From NCBI GenBank assembly GCA_040905465.1, contig JBBDRK010000036.1:59375-123374 (forward strand): 64,000 bases of DNA. The letters are read 5' to 3'. Each line of letters opens with the position of its first letter. Position 1 is the stretch's first letter. This DNA comes from Trueperaceae bacterium (GTDB lineage: Bacteria; Deinococcota; Deinococci; Deinococcales; Trueperaceae). Shown piece by piece: positions 8,773-17,661 of the stretch. A program made the translations under genes and the position numbers. Under the pieces are notes generated by a model, which was given only the letters and a program-made list of their open reading frames with translations, had not been told where the DNA came from and did no database searches.

Positions 8773-10281
8773 ATGATTCGAAACCGTTGCCGCCCCTTGC
8801 TCGCGCTCCTGCTCGCTGCCCTGCTCGGCCTCGCCACCGCTCAGCAGCAGGGCGGAACGCTGACGGCCGCCTGGGCACAGGACCCGGTGGGGCTGGACCC
8901 CCACCTGACCAGCGCCTATTCCAGCTTCCAGATCCTCGAAAACGTCCTGGACACGCTTGTTACGCTCGACGCTGGCCAGAACGTCGTGCCGTCGCTGGCT
9001 GAGTCGTGGGAGTCATCGGAGGACGGCCTGCAGTGGACATTCCACCTCAGGAGCGGCCTCAGCTTCTCGAACGGCCGGGCGCTCACCGCCGACGACGTGG
9101 TGTACACCTTCGAGCGGATGCTCGATCCGGAGACGGGCTCCGGCAACGCCTACCTGCTGGCGGGAGTAACCGACGTGGAGGCGGTCGACGACAGCACTGT
9201 CGTTCTCACGCTCGACGCCCCCAACGTCGCCCTTCTCGGACACCTGGCCGTGAACAAGTCGGTCGGGATCATCGCCCGCGAAAGCGTCGAAGACGGCACC
9301 ATAAACACCCGGCCGATCGGCAGCGGTCCGTTCAGGATCGCCGACTTCCAGCCGGGCACCCTGGTGCGGCTCGAGCGCAACGAGCACTACTGGCAAGATG
9401 GGCTCCCCTACCTCGACGCCATCGACATCCGAATCATTCCCGACGAGTCGGTGCGGCGCACGGCGCTGGTAACGGGCGACGTAGACTGGTCGATCAGCGT
9501 GCCTGCGCAGAGCGTGAGCGATCTCGACAGCAGCGACGAGGTAGTGATCGACCAGACCACGGCCGGCGCCTACTGGTACCTGGGAGTGAATACCGAGCGT
9601 GAACCGCTCGACGATCCCCGGGTGCGGCAGGCACTGTCGTACGCGCTGCAACGCGACAACATCGCCTTGGCAGCCGCTTTCGGCAACGCCCAGGCGACGC
9701 AGGACCCGATCCCCTCGTCGAGCTCGTGGGCGTTCGATTATGCGCCTTACGACTACGATCCGGAGCGCGCTCGTGAGCTCCTGGCCGAGGCCGGAGTCGG
9801 TGACGATTTCGTGCTCGAGCTCATGCCCACCACTCAGTACGAGGAGTCCATCCGCGTCGCCCAGGTGGTGCAGGCCAACCTTGCCGACATCGGCGTACAG
9901 GCGAGCATTCGAACCCTCGAATGGGCCGAATGGCTGGAGGAAGAGGGCGCCGGCAACTACGACACCTACGTGTGCTCATGGAACGCGCTGGTGGACCCCG
10001 ACGACTACTTCTACGCCCAGCACAAGACCGGCGAGGTCTTCAACTTCACCGGCTACAGCAACGACACCGTCGACGAGCTGCTCGAGCGGGGACGCGGCAC
10101 CGAAGACCTGATAGAACGCCTCCCCATCTACGAGCAGATCAACCGCATCATCGTCGATGAGGCTCCCTACATCTACCTCTACAATCCGCTCAACATCCAT
10201 GCCTACCGGCCTTATGTCGAAGGTTTCGAGGCGCGCCCGGATCAGGCCGTGCGCTTCGCGGAGACCTGGCTCGATCGTTGA
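8773..10281 (+). CDS. ABC transporter substrate-binding protein, family 5 (Dpp/Opp/Nik type)
   Basis: Signal peptide, GGTL, LDPH, PSLAESW, TADDVVYTFER, PIGSGPF, VRQALSYA. Confidence 0.92.
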   Translation: MIRNRCRPLLALLLAALLGLATAQQQGGTLTAAWAQDPVGLDPHLTSAYSSFQILENVLDTLVTLDAGQNVVPSLAESWESSEDGLQWTFHLRSGLSFSNGRALTADDVVYTFERMLDPETGSGNAYLLAGVTDVEAVDDSTVVLTLDAPNVALLGHLAVNKSVGIIARESVEDGTINTRPIGSGPFRIADFQPGTLVRLERNEHYWQDGLPYLDAIDIRIIPDESVRRTALVTGDVDWSISVPAQSVSDLDSSDEVVIDQTTAGAYWYLGVNTEREPLDDPRVRQALSYALQRDNIALAAAFGNAQATQDPIPSSSSWAFDYAPYDYDPERARELLAEAGVGDDFVLELMPTTQYEESIRVAQVVQANLADIGVQASIRTLEWAEWLEEEGAGNYDTYVCSWNALVDPDDYFYAQHKTGEVFNFTGYSNDTVDELLERGRGTEDLIERLPIYEQINRIIVDEAPYIYLYNPLNIHAYRPYVEGFEARPDQAVRFAETWLDR

Positions 10282-10284
10282 ATC

Positions 10285-10321
10285 GGTTGCGTCCGGGCGG
10301 TTCCTCCGCCCGGACGCAACC
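10285..10321 (+). terminator. Perfect 16-bp hairpin after the SBP gene (terminator or mRNA stabiliser)
   Basis: GGTTGCGTCCGGGCGG-TTCCT-CCGCCCGGACGCAACC; no strong U tract. Confidence 0.65.
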
Positions 10322-10391
10322 CTCCCTCCATGACCATCCGGCCGGTCCCTAGCTCCCCGGGGCGCCCCGCCCCGAGCCTCCGGAGGCGAAG

Positions 10392-11342
10392 ATGACCCTC
10401 CGCTATCTCATGCAACGAGTCGGCAGCCTGATCCTCGTGCTGTTCGGCGTTTCTCTTCTTACCTTCGCGATCATCCCGCTCATCCCCGGCAGCCCCGCGA
10501 GGGTTCGCCTGGGCGTGCAGGCCACGCCCGAATCGGTCGCCGCCGTGGAGCGTCAACTGGGTCTCGACCGGCCGCTCCCGGTTCAATATGTCGACTGGTT
10601 GGGTGGGATCGTGCTGCACGGCGACTTCGGCGAGAGCCTGATCACCGGCACGCCGATCTCGGGCGAGGTGGCGCGGCGCCTGCCGGCAACCCTGGCACTC
10701 GCCTTCACGGCACTGCTGTTCGGCCTGCTGATCGCCCTGCCTTCCGGTATCATCTCGGCGCTGAAGCCCGGCGGACGGCGTGACCTCACGGTATCGCTCA
10801 TGAGCCAGATAGGAGTCTCGGTCCCTGACTTCTGGATGGGGATACTGATGATCCTGCTGTTCGCCGAGACTCTCGACTGGCTCCCATCCAGCGGCTACGT
10901 CCCCTTGGCGCAAGGCTTCCTGCCGTGGCTCAGCCATATTTTGCTTCCGGCCGCCACCGTCGGCATCATCAGCGGCTCGATCATGGCTCGCTTCGTGCGC
11001 GGCGCGATGCTGGAGGTGCTGCGTAACGACTATGTCCGCACGGCCCGGGCCAAGGGCCTGCGCGAAGGCGCGATACTCGTCAAGCACGTCTTGCGCAACG
11101 CGGCCATTTCGGTGGTCACCATCGTCGGCCTGCAGATGGCCACGCTCTTCTCCGCCGTCGTAGTGGTGGAGATCATCTTCGCCTGGCCCGGGCTGGGGTC
11201 GATGGCGCTCAATGCCACGCTGCAGCGAGACTATCCGCTGCTGCAGGCCGCGGTGCTGAGCGCGGCGGGAGCGTTCGTTATCATCAACCTCCTCACCGAC
11301 CTGTCCTACGTTCTCCTGGACCCGAGCGTCGAATATGCCTGA
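10392..11342 (+). CDS. Peptide/nickel ABC permease (DppB type)
   Basis: LGLDRPLPVQY, GDFGES, EAA loop DYVRTARAKGL, RDYPLLQ. Confidence 0.93.
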   Translation: MTLRYLMQRVGSLILVLFGVSLLTFAIIPLIPGSPARVRLGVQATPESVAAVERQLGLDRPLPVQYVDWLGGIVLHGDFGESLITGTPISGEVARRLPATLALAFTALLFGLLIALPSGIISALKPGGRRDLTVSLMSQIGVSVPDFWMGILMILLFAETLDWLPSSGYVPLAQGFLPWLSHILLPAATVGIISGSIMARFVRGAMLEVLRNDYVRTARAKGLREGAILVKHVLRNAAISVVTIVGLQMATLFSAVVVVEIIFAWPGLGSMALNATLQRDYPLLQAAVLSAAGAFVIINLLTDLSYVLLDPSVEYA

Positions 11343-12237
11343 GGCCGGCAGGACCGAGACGGGCTCGCTCACCACGACGCCGTCACGTGGCGCAGGCACG
11401 AAGGGCGCCGCGGCACGCTTCTTCGCCCGCTTCCTGCGCCACCGCCTGGCCCTGGCCGGCACCCTGATAGTCCTCCTGCTCACAGTTACCGCCCTGTTCG
11501 GCGGCGCCTACGCCCCTTACAGCCCAACCACCATGGATTTCAGCGCCCAGTTCGCGCCGCCCAGCCTGGCCCATCCCTTCGGCACCGACGAGTTCGGACG
11601 CGACCTGTTCTCACGCGTTCTGCACGGCGCAGCCATCTCCTTGCGGGTGGCGTTGATCGCCGTCGGCATCTCATCGCTGGTCGGCGTGACGCTCGGGGTC
11701 CTGGCGGGCTTCCTGGGCGGCTGGGTCGACGAGCTGACTATGCGCTTCATGGACGTCCTCTTCGCCTTCCCGGCGGTCCTGCTGGCGATAACCGTGATGG
11801 CGATCCTCGGACGCGGCGTCGGAAACGCGATGATCGCCATCGCCATCGTCTACATCCCGATCTTCGCGCGGATAACGCGAGGAGCGGTAATCGGCGTGCG
11901 TGGCCGGGAGTTCGTCACTGCCGCCAGGGCTCTGGGCGTGCGTCCGGGCGGCATCATGCTGCGCCACGTGCTCCCCAACGCCACCGGTCCCATCATCGTA
12001 CAGACCTCGCTGAGCCTGGCGTTCGCCATCCTCGCGGAGGCGGCGCTGTCGTTCTTCGGCCTGGGAACCCAGCCTCCCGCTCCGTCGTGGGGCAGGATGC
12101 TGGCAGAGGGCCGGGCGTACCTGGGGCAGGCACCCTGGATGGGTATCTTCCCGGGGCTGGCGATAATGGTGTCGGTGATGGGCTTCAACCTCCTCGGTGA
12201 CGGACTGCGCGACCTGCTCGACCCGCGCCTCAAGTGA
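11335..12237 (+). CDS. Peptide/nickel ABC permease (DppC type)
   Basis: HPFGTDEFGRDLFSR, EFVTAARALG, HVLPN, EAALSFFGLG, NLLGDGLRDLLDP. Confidence 0.93.
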   Translation: MPEAGRTETGSLTTTPSRGAGTKGAAARFFARFLRHRLALAGTLIVLLLTVTALFGGAYAPYSPTTMDFSAQFAPPSLAHPFGTDEFGRDLFSRVLHGAAISLRVALIAVGISSLVGVTLGVLAGFLGGWVDELTMRFMDVLFAFPAVLLAITVMAILGRGVGNAMIAIAIVYIPIFARITRGAVIGVRGREFVTAARALGVRPGGIMLRHVLPNATGPIIVQTSLSLAFAILAEAALSFFGLGTQPPAPSWGRMLAEGRAYLGQAPWMGIFPGLAIMVSVMGFNLLGDGLRDLLDPRLK

Positions 12238-14525
12238 CCGACAGAGAGACGACGGATAGCGCCCCGAAGCTGCCCAGGGTGGCGTTCGCCCTGGCACTCC
12301 TGACGGGTGGCGGACTGCTGTTCGAAATTGCTCTCACCCGCGTGCTGTCGGTCCTGTACTTCTCGACATTCAGCTATCTGGTCCTGTCGATCGCCGTGCT
12401 CGGCCTGGCGGCCGGGGCAGCACTGGCGGCGCTGTGGCCGCAGTTGCGCCAACCTCGGCACTGGCCGCTGTGGGCCGTTCTTGCCGGCGCCGGCGCGCTG
12501 CTTCTCACCCTGATCCCGCTGGCGGGAGCCGCCGCCGGGCTGCGCTCGTTCCTGTTTCCCCTCACGGCACTCCCTTACCTCTTCCTCGGACTGGCGGTGG
12601 CGGGCATCTTCGCGATGCGGTCGGAATCCAGTCCACGCCTGTACCTCGCCGACCTGGCGGGGGCCGGTCTGGGAGCGCTGCTTGCCGTGCCGCTCCTGGA
12701 CTGGTTGGGAGGCCCTGGCGGAATGCTGGCGGCGGCGTGCGCGGCGGCGCTGGCGGCGGTGGTGCTGGCTCCGGGCAAGGCGCTGTCGACCGCAGCGCTC
12801 GCCGCTTGCGTGGCGGCGCTGGCCCTGCACTCGGCCGGGCTGGGCCCGCGGCTCGACCTCCGCGAGATGGCGAGCCCCAAACCGGTACGCCAGTCGCTGC
12901 GGGCGGGTGGCGAGGTGGCCTCCACCCGCTGGGACTCGTTCGCCCGCAGCGACCTGATCCGTTTCGAGGAGGACGACCGGTACCTCATCTACCTCGACGG
13001 CGCCGCCGGCTCGCTGGTCCCGGACGCGGACCGTCAGGAAACCTGGCTGACGGACGTCGGAGCGCTTGCCTTTGCGGTCGACCCGCCCCGCAGCGCCTTC
13101 CTGATCGGACCGGGCGGCGGACTCGACCTGGCGCTGGCGCGCCGGTTCTCTGTTCCCAGGGTGGTCGCGGCCGAAATCAACCGCGGCGCCGTGGAGCTGA
13201 CCAGAGCCCTGGAGCATCACGCCGGCGACCTCTACGGTTCCCCCACCGAACTGCACATCGACGACGGCCGCAGCGCATTACGGCGGCTGGACGAGCAGTT
13301 CGAGCTGATACTGCTGTCGCAGGTGGTCAGCCAGGCCGCCGAAGCCCGTGGCCTGGCGCTGGTGGAGAACGGCCTCTACACCGTAGAGGCGTTCGACGCC
13401 TACCTCGACCACCTGGCCCCCGGCGGCCGCGTCGCCCTCAAGCTCTACGACGAGCTCACGCTCACCCGCGCGATCGTCACCGCGCTGCGCACCCTGACGG
13501 AGCGGGGGGTTCCGCTGGCAGTGGCGCCACGTCACCTCTTCGCCGCGCTCGACACCCGCGCGTCTCCTCCGGTGCCGCTGCTCATGGTGTCCGCCGAACC
13601 ACTGTCCGACGAGCGGGCCGTCGACTGGGCGCGCGCTGGCGAAGCACGGGACCTGGGGCTGTTGTTCGTTCCCGGCCTTCTTGCACCGCCGGCGCTGGCC
13701 GCACTTCTGGACGGAAGCGCCGGCATCGCCAGCATCGCCCGGGGAGCGAGCGATCTGGATCTCAGCGCCACCCGTGACGACCGGCCGTTCTTCTATCAGT
13801 TCGAACGCGGCCTCCCACGACCGCTCCGGCCGCTGGTCGTCGGGGTGCTCTCCTTGCTTGCGCTTGCCCTGTTGGCAGGCGGCTGGTGGACGCGCCGCCG
13901 ACCGGCGGAACTGCGCGCCGCTCCCGTGCTCTTCGCAGCCCTCGGTTCGGGCTTCATGCTGGTCGAGATAACGGTTCTGCAGCGAACCCAGCTCCTGATC
14001 GGACATCCGGCGCTGGCGCTGGCGGCGATCCTGGCCGCCCTCCTGCTGGGCGCGGCAACCGGTTCCGGTTTGGCGAGCCGTGCCGCGGGCGGCCGCGAAT
14101 ACCCGTGGGTGGCGAGGGCCGCCGGAGCTACGGCACTCCTCGTGCTGGCATGGCTCTTCGCCTGGCCCGCCGCCGCTGACGCGATGGGCTCACTGTCGCC
14201 TGTGTCGGCGTCCCTCGGCTCGGCGCTCTCGATACTGCCGCTGGCGGTGATGATCGGCGCGCCTTTTCCGCTGGCGTTGCGCTCGATCGGCCGCCACGGT
14301 CCGCGCGAAGTGGCGCTCGCCTGGGCCATGAACGGCGTCGCCACGGTTGCCGGAGCGGTCGCCGCGACCGCCCTCGCCATCGTATTCGGATTCTCGGCGG
14401 CACTGGCAACCGCGGCGATTATCTACGCCGTGACCGCCATGACCGCCTGGCTCCTGACCAGGCAACGCGCTTCGCCGTCCGGCTACGGCTCTACCAGCAC
14501 GCTGCCCGCCTCCAGCGACTTCTGA
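12234..14525 (+). CDS. Polytopic membrane protein with a central class I SAM-dependent methyltransferase (spermidine-synthase-like) domain
   Basis: TM bundles at both ends, LYLADLAGA, IGPGGGLD, AAEIN, DDGRS, LYTVEAF, ATRDDRPFFY, AWAMNG; GTGA overlap with the permease. Confidence 0.8.
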   Translation: MTDRETTDSAPKLPRVAFALALLTGGGLLFEIALTRVLSVLYFSTFSYLVLSIAVLGLAAGAALAALWPQLRQPRHWPLWAVLAGAGALLLTLIPLAGAAAGLRSFLFPLTALPYLFLGLAVAGIFAMRSESSPRLYLADLAGAGLGALLAVPLLDWLGGPGGMLAAACAAALAAVVLAPGKALSTAALAACVAALALHSAGLGPRLDLREMASPKPVRQSLRAGGEVASTRWDSFARSDLIRFEEDDRYLIYLDGAAGSLVPDADRQETWLTDVGALAFAVDPPRSAFLIGPGGGLDLALARRFSVPRVVAAEINRGAVELTRALEHHAGDLYGSPTELHIDDGRSALRRLDEQFELILLSQVVSQAAEARGLALVENGLYTVEAFDAYLDHLAPGGRVALKLYDELTLTRAIVTALRTLTERGVPLAVAPRHLFAALDTRASPPVPLLMVSAEPLSDERAVDWARAGEARDLGLLFVPGLLAPPALAALLDGSAGIASIARGASDLDLSATRDDRPFFYQFERGLPRPLRPLVVGVLSLLALALLAGGWWTRRRPAELRAAPVLFAALGSGFMLVEITVLQRTQLLIGHPALALAAILAALLLGAATGSGLASRAAGGREYPWVARAAGATALLVLAWLFAWPAAADAMGSLSPVSASLGSALSILPLAVMIGAPFPLALRSIGRHGPREVALAWAMNGVATVAGAVAATALAIVFGFSAALATAAIIYAVTAMTAWLLTRQRASPSGYGSTSTLPASSDF

Positions 14526-15484
14526 GCAGCCAGGCAGAGCGCCACCGCCGCACAGCCGTCCTCGGCCGTGGCCGGCGTTGGCCCCCATCCGTAGATAGCC
14601 GCCAGGAACGCCCTGGTCTGCCGCGGCACGTCGAAGGCATGTCCGGTCTCCCGCGATAGCGGCACGACCTCGGTCCCGCCAGAGTCGTGACGAGTGAGGC
14701 TCACCACCGGTTCCGGGTCCATGTCGGACTTACCGCGCCAGGAGGCGCGAAGAGCACCCTCCTCGGCTATCAGCATGAGCGTCACCTGGTGTCCGAACGC
14801 CGCTATCGAGCGCGTGACCCAGGAACGCCCGTCCGATTCGTGCTCGAGCCTTATCTCCAGGTTCTCCCACAGGTCCTCGCGGCCGGCCCGGCTGCTGCCC
14901 CATGCCTGCACGCCCGCGACCGGCCCTAGGTACCAGCGCGCCAGGTCGAGATAGTGGATCGGTTCCTCGAGTATCGTCGATCCCAGCTTGCCCGGGTCGG
15001 ACTTCCAGCCCCCAGAACCGGAGCGGTAGGGCCGCCGCCACAGGTCGAGCTTCAGATGCAGCGGCGCCCCCAGGTCACCAGAATCCACGATCCGCCTTAC
15101 CTCGGCGAAGAGACCGAAGACCCGCATCTCGTGGCCCACCGCAACCAGCCGCCCGGTCCTCTCGCCGGCGTCCAGGACCTCTCGACATTCGGCGTTGCTC
15201 AACGCCATCGGCTTCTCGATCAGCACGTGCCTTCCGCTCGCGAGGACAGCGAGCGCATGGCCGGCGTGGAGGTAGTTGGGGCTGGCGACGATAACGGCCT
15301 CGCTCGCTATCCCCAGGAAGGCGTCCAGATCGGTTTCCACGGGAACGCGCCACTCCTGGCGCAACCGCTCGGCGCTGCTCTCGCTCTCGACCAGGACTGC
15401 CGCGAGCTCGCCGCCGACGGCTCGCAACGCGTTGCGGTGAACGGCCCCCCAGCGTCCGCCGCCGATGAGCCCGACTCGGGTCAC
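14483..15484 (-). CDS. Gfo/Idh/MocA family NAD(P)-dependent oxidoreductase
   Basis: VGLIGGGRWG, ASPNYLH, VLIEKPMA, EEPIHYLD. Confidence 0.9.
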   Translation of the reverse strand: MTRVGLIGGGRWGAVHRNALRAVGGELAAVLVESESSAERLRQEWRVPVETDLDAFLGIASEAVIVASPNYLHAGHALAVLASGRHVLIEKPMALSNAECREVLDAGERTGRLVAVGHEMRVFGLFAEVRRIVDSGDLGAPLHLKLDLWRRPYRSGSGGWKSDPGKLGSTILEEPIHYLDLARWYLGPVAGVQAWGSSRAGREDLWENLEIRLEHESDGRSWVTRSIAAFGHQVTLMLIAEEGALRASWRGKSDMDPEPVVSLTRHDSGGTEVVPLSRETGHAFDVPRQTRAFLAAIYGWGPTPATAEDGCAAVALCLAAQKSLEAGSVLVEP

Positions 15485-16551
15485 GGCGACGGCGCCCCAT
15501 CAGCCGGAGTGAGCGAACCGAGCAGTTCGGGATGCACGTCGCAACGCCCTTCCACCGAACCGAGAACGGCCAACGAGATACGCAATGCCGCTATGCCGTC
15601 GTCGATCGTCGCCAGCCTGCCGAACAGCGGGTCGCCGCTATCGGCCGCTGCCGGATCTCCCCTGATCTCGGCGGCGAAGGCGTCGATCTCGGCCCGCCAC
15701 GGATCCAGGTCCCCGCTGCTCCATCTGGTTACGCCGTCGGCGCCGTGCAGGCTTACCTCATCGGGCCAGTCCACGCTCAGCAGTCCGTTTGGCCCAATAT
15801 AGCTGTGGCGCTCGATCGGAACGATCCCGCTGGGCAACCCCCACGAAACCTGCACCTGCCCCACTCCGCCGCAGGGATACGCAAGCGTCAGGTGGGCGCT
15901 GTCGAGAGCCTTGCGCGCGATACTGGCCACCTCGGGCTTCTGTTCGCTGAACGTGTAGCCGTGCGCTCGGACAACCAGCGGCGGCTCGCCGAAGAGCAGG
16001 CCCCACTGATCGAAGATGTGGCAGCACATGTCGATGATGGGACCGCCGTTGGCGGCGGCGTCGTGCATCAGCAGCTTCGGGCGCACCCCGGCGGCGATAG
16101 TGGCCTGGGCCAGGAGCGGCCGGCCGATGCTTCGGCTGAATGCCAGAATCCGCTGCCAGGCGGGATCGAAGCGGCGCATGAATCCGATCCGCAACACTGT
16201 GGCGGAGTCCGCCGCCGCTTCCTTCATAGCCAGCGCCTCCTCCAACGTGAGGGCCGCCGGTTTCTCGCACAGCACATGCTTGCCGGCTTGCAGGGCGGCT
16301 ATCGTGTGCGCGGCATGCAGGAAGGTGGGGGTGCAGACCGATACCGCCTCTACCTCGGCCAGGGCCAGACCATCCTCGATCTGGCCGAGCGCTCGGGCAC
16401 CGTGCCGGGCGGCCAGGACTTCCGCCCGAATGCGGTCGGGGTCGAATACCGCAGCTATCCGGCCACCGCACTCCTTCCAGTGTCGGGCATGCCGCGTTCC
16501 CATCTCGCCGGCGCCAAGCACCATGACCCCCGGGGAAGCCGGACCGGTCAT
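15481..16551 (-). CDS. Gfo/Idh/MocA family NAD(P)-dependent oxidoreductase
   Basis: VLGAGEMG, CTPTFLH, VLCEKPAA, GFMRRFDP, IDMCCHIFD; ATGA overlap with the aldolase stop. Confidence 0.9.
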   Translation of the reverse strand: MTGPASPGVMVLGAGEMGTRHARHWKECGGRIAAVFDPDRIRAEVLAARHGARALGQIEDGLALAEVEAVSVCTPTFLHAAHTIAALQAGKHVLCEKPAALTLEEALAMKEAAADSATVLRIGFMRRFDPAWQRILAFSRSIGRPLLAQATIAAGVRPKLLMHDAAANGGPIIDMCCHIFDQWGLLFGEPPLVVRAHGYTFSEQKPEVASIARKALDSAHLTLAYPCGGVGQVQVSWGLPSGIVPIERHSYIGPNGLLSVDWPDEVSLHGADGVTRWSSGDLDPWRAEIDAFAAEIRGDPAAADSGDPLFGRLATIDDGIAALRISLAVLGSVEGRCDVHPELLGSLTPADGAPSP

Positions 16552-17624
16552 GAGCCGTACCTGCGGTGCCAGCCGCGGCCGCCCAGCTCCAGTGCGGCCG
16601 CACCACGGTAGCGCGGATGGGAGAACCATGGTCGTCCCGAGTCCGCCAGGCCGGCGATCGAGCGGAGGAACGGCAACGACTCGCTCTCCAGCTTCGCGCG
16701 CACGGCCGGGAGGTCGGGGTACGGTTCGAGCGCGCCGAACCAGACCGCCCGGCCGGCCAGGAAGCCGCTCGCTCCAGCGGCGATGGCGAGCTCGATATCG
16801 ACAGCGAACTCGCGTTGGCCCACGCCGGCCGACAGCAGCACCCATGGAACGGGACAGGACTCGTCCAACTCGCGCAGGCACGCTTCCACTTCGGCAAGCC
16901 GGTATGCGACCGGCCGCTCGCGGCCGTCGAAGGCGCCTCCGGCGAACTCACGGGTGTGCTTGAGGTCGGCCGGGAACTCGAGCTTGAAGAGATCCACGCC
17001 GAAGCGGTCCTCGGCGAAGTGCCGTAATGATGCCAGCACCCGCTGCGGCTTGAGCCTGGCGTAGTCGAGCCCGTCGCTGCGCTCGTCTCCCTTGGGGTAG
17101 AGCAGCAGTTCCAGGATGAACGGGATGTCGTGCTCTCGGCAGGCCGCACCTACGCCTTCGACGAACGCGTCCTGGTGTGCGGCCGCCGCGGCGGACAGGT
17201 CGGGCCGGTGATAGGCGAGCACCTTCACCCCCGACGCTCCGCTGCGCTTTATCTTGGCCACGCTCCAGCCCTCTATCGGCACCGAGTAGCGCTCTCCGCC
17301 CTTTTCCTCGAATGCGTAGTCCTCCAGGGTCGAGACGAGCCCTACCCGACCGGGGATGAAAGCCAGGGCGTCCGGGTGCGCCCAGATGGGATCAACCAGG
17401 ATGGCGCTGGCGTGGGAAGCGAGTCCGGCGACCAGCAGCGTCTTGACGGCGGCGATCTCCTCGTCGCGAACGTCCTCGAGGCGCCTCTCGCCGTGGCGGG
17501 CAAGGGCCCGGAACAGGGGCGGACGCTGATCGACGGCCACCATCTTGAAGAGCCCGCGGTCGTCCGCGAGCGTCTGCAGGCAGCGGAATTTGCCGGCGCT
17601 CAGAAGCGCCTTCGGCTGGCTCAT
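16548..17624 (-). CDS. Class I aldolase of the tagatose-1,6-bisphosphate (LacD) / sulfofructosephosphate (YihT) family
   Basis: KMVAVDQR, ASAILVDP, DLFKLEFP (Schiff-base Lys), PWVLLSAGV, GASGFLAGRAVW; GAGGAG RBS. Confidence 0.88.
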   Translation of the reverse strand: MSQPKALLSAGKFRCLQTLADDRGLFKMVAVDQRPPLFRALARHGERRLEDVRDEEIAAVKTLLVAGLASHASAILVDPIWAHPDALAFIPGRVGLVSTLEDYAFEEKGGERYSVPIEGWSVAKIKRSGASGVKVLAYHRPDLSAAAAAHQDAFVEGVGAACREHDIPFILELLLYPKGDERSDGLDYARLKPQRVLASLRHFAEDRFGVDLFKLEFPADLKHTREFAGGAFDGRERPVAYRLAEVEACLRELDESCPVPWVLLSAGVGQREFAVDIELAIAAGASGFLAGRAVWFGALEPYPDLPAVRAKLESESLPFLRSIAGLADSGRPWFSHPRYRGAAALELGGRGWHRRYGS

Positions 17625-17661
17625 GGTGCTCTCCTCGGTTTCGCCTGCGCAGCGCGCGAAG

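Noticed and set aside
14483-16551. Firm assignment of a Gfo protein as a GH188 sulfoquinovosidase
   Set aside because: Cannot be supported by eye; kept only as a hypothesis.
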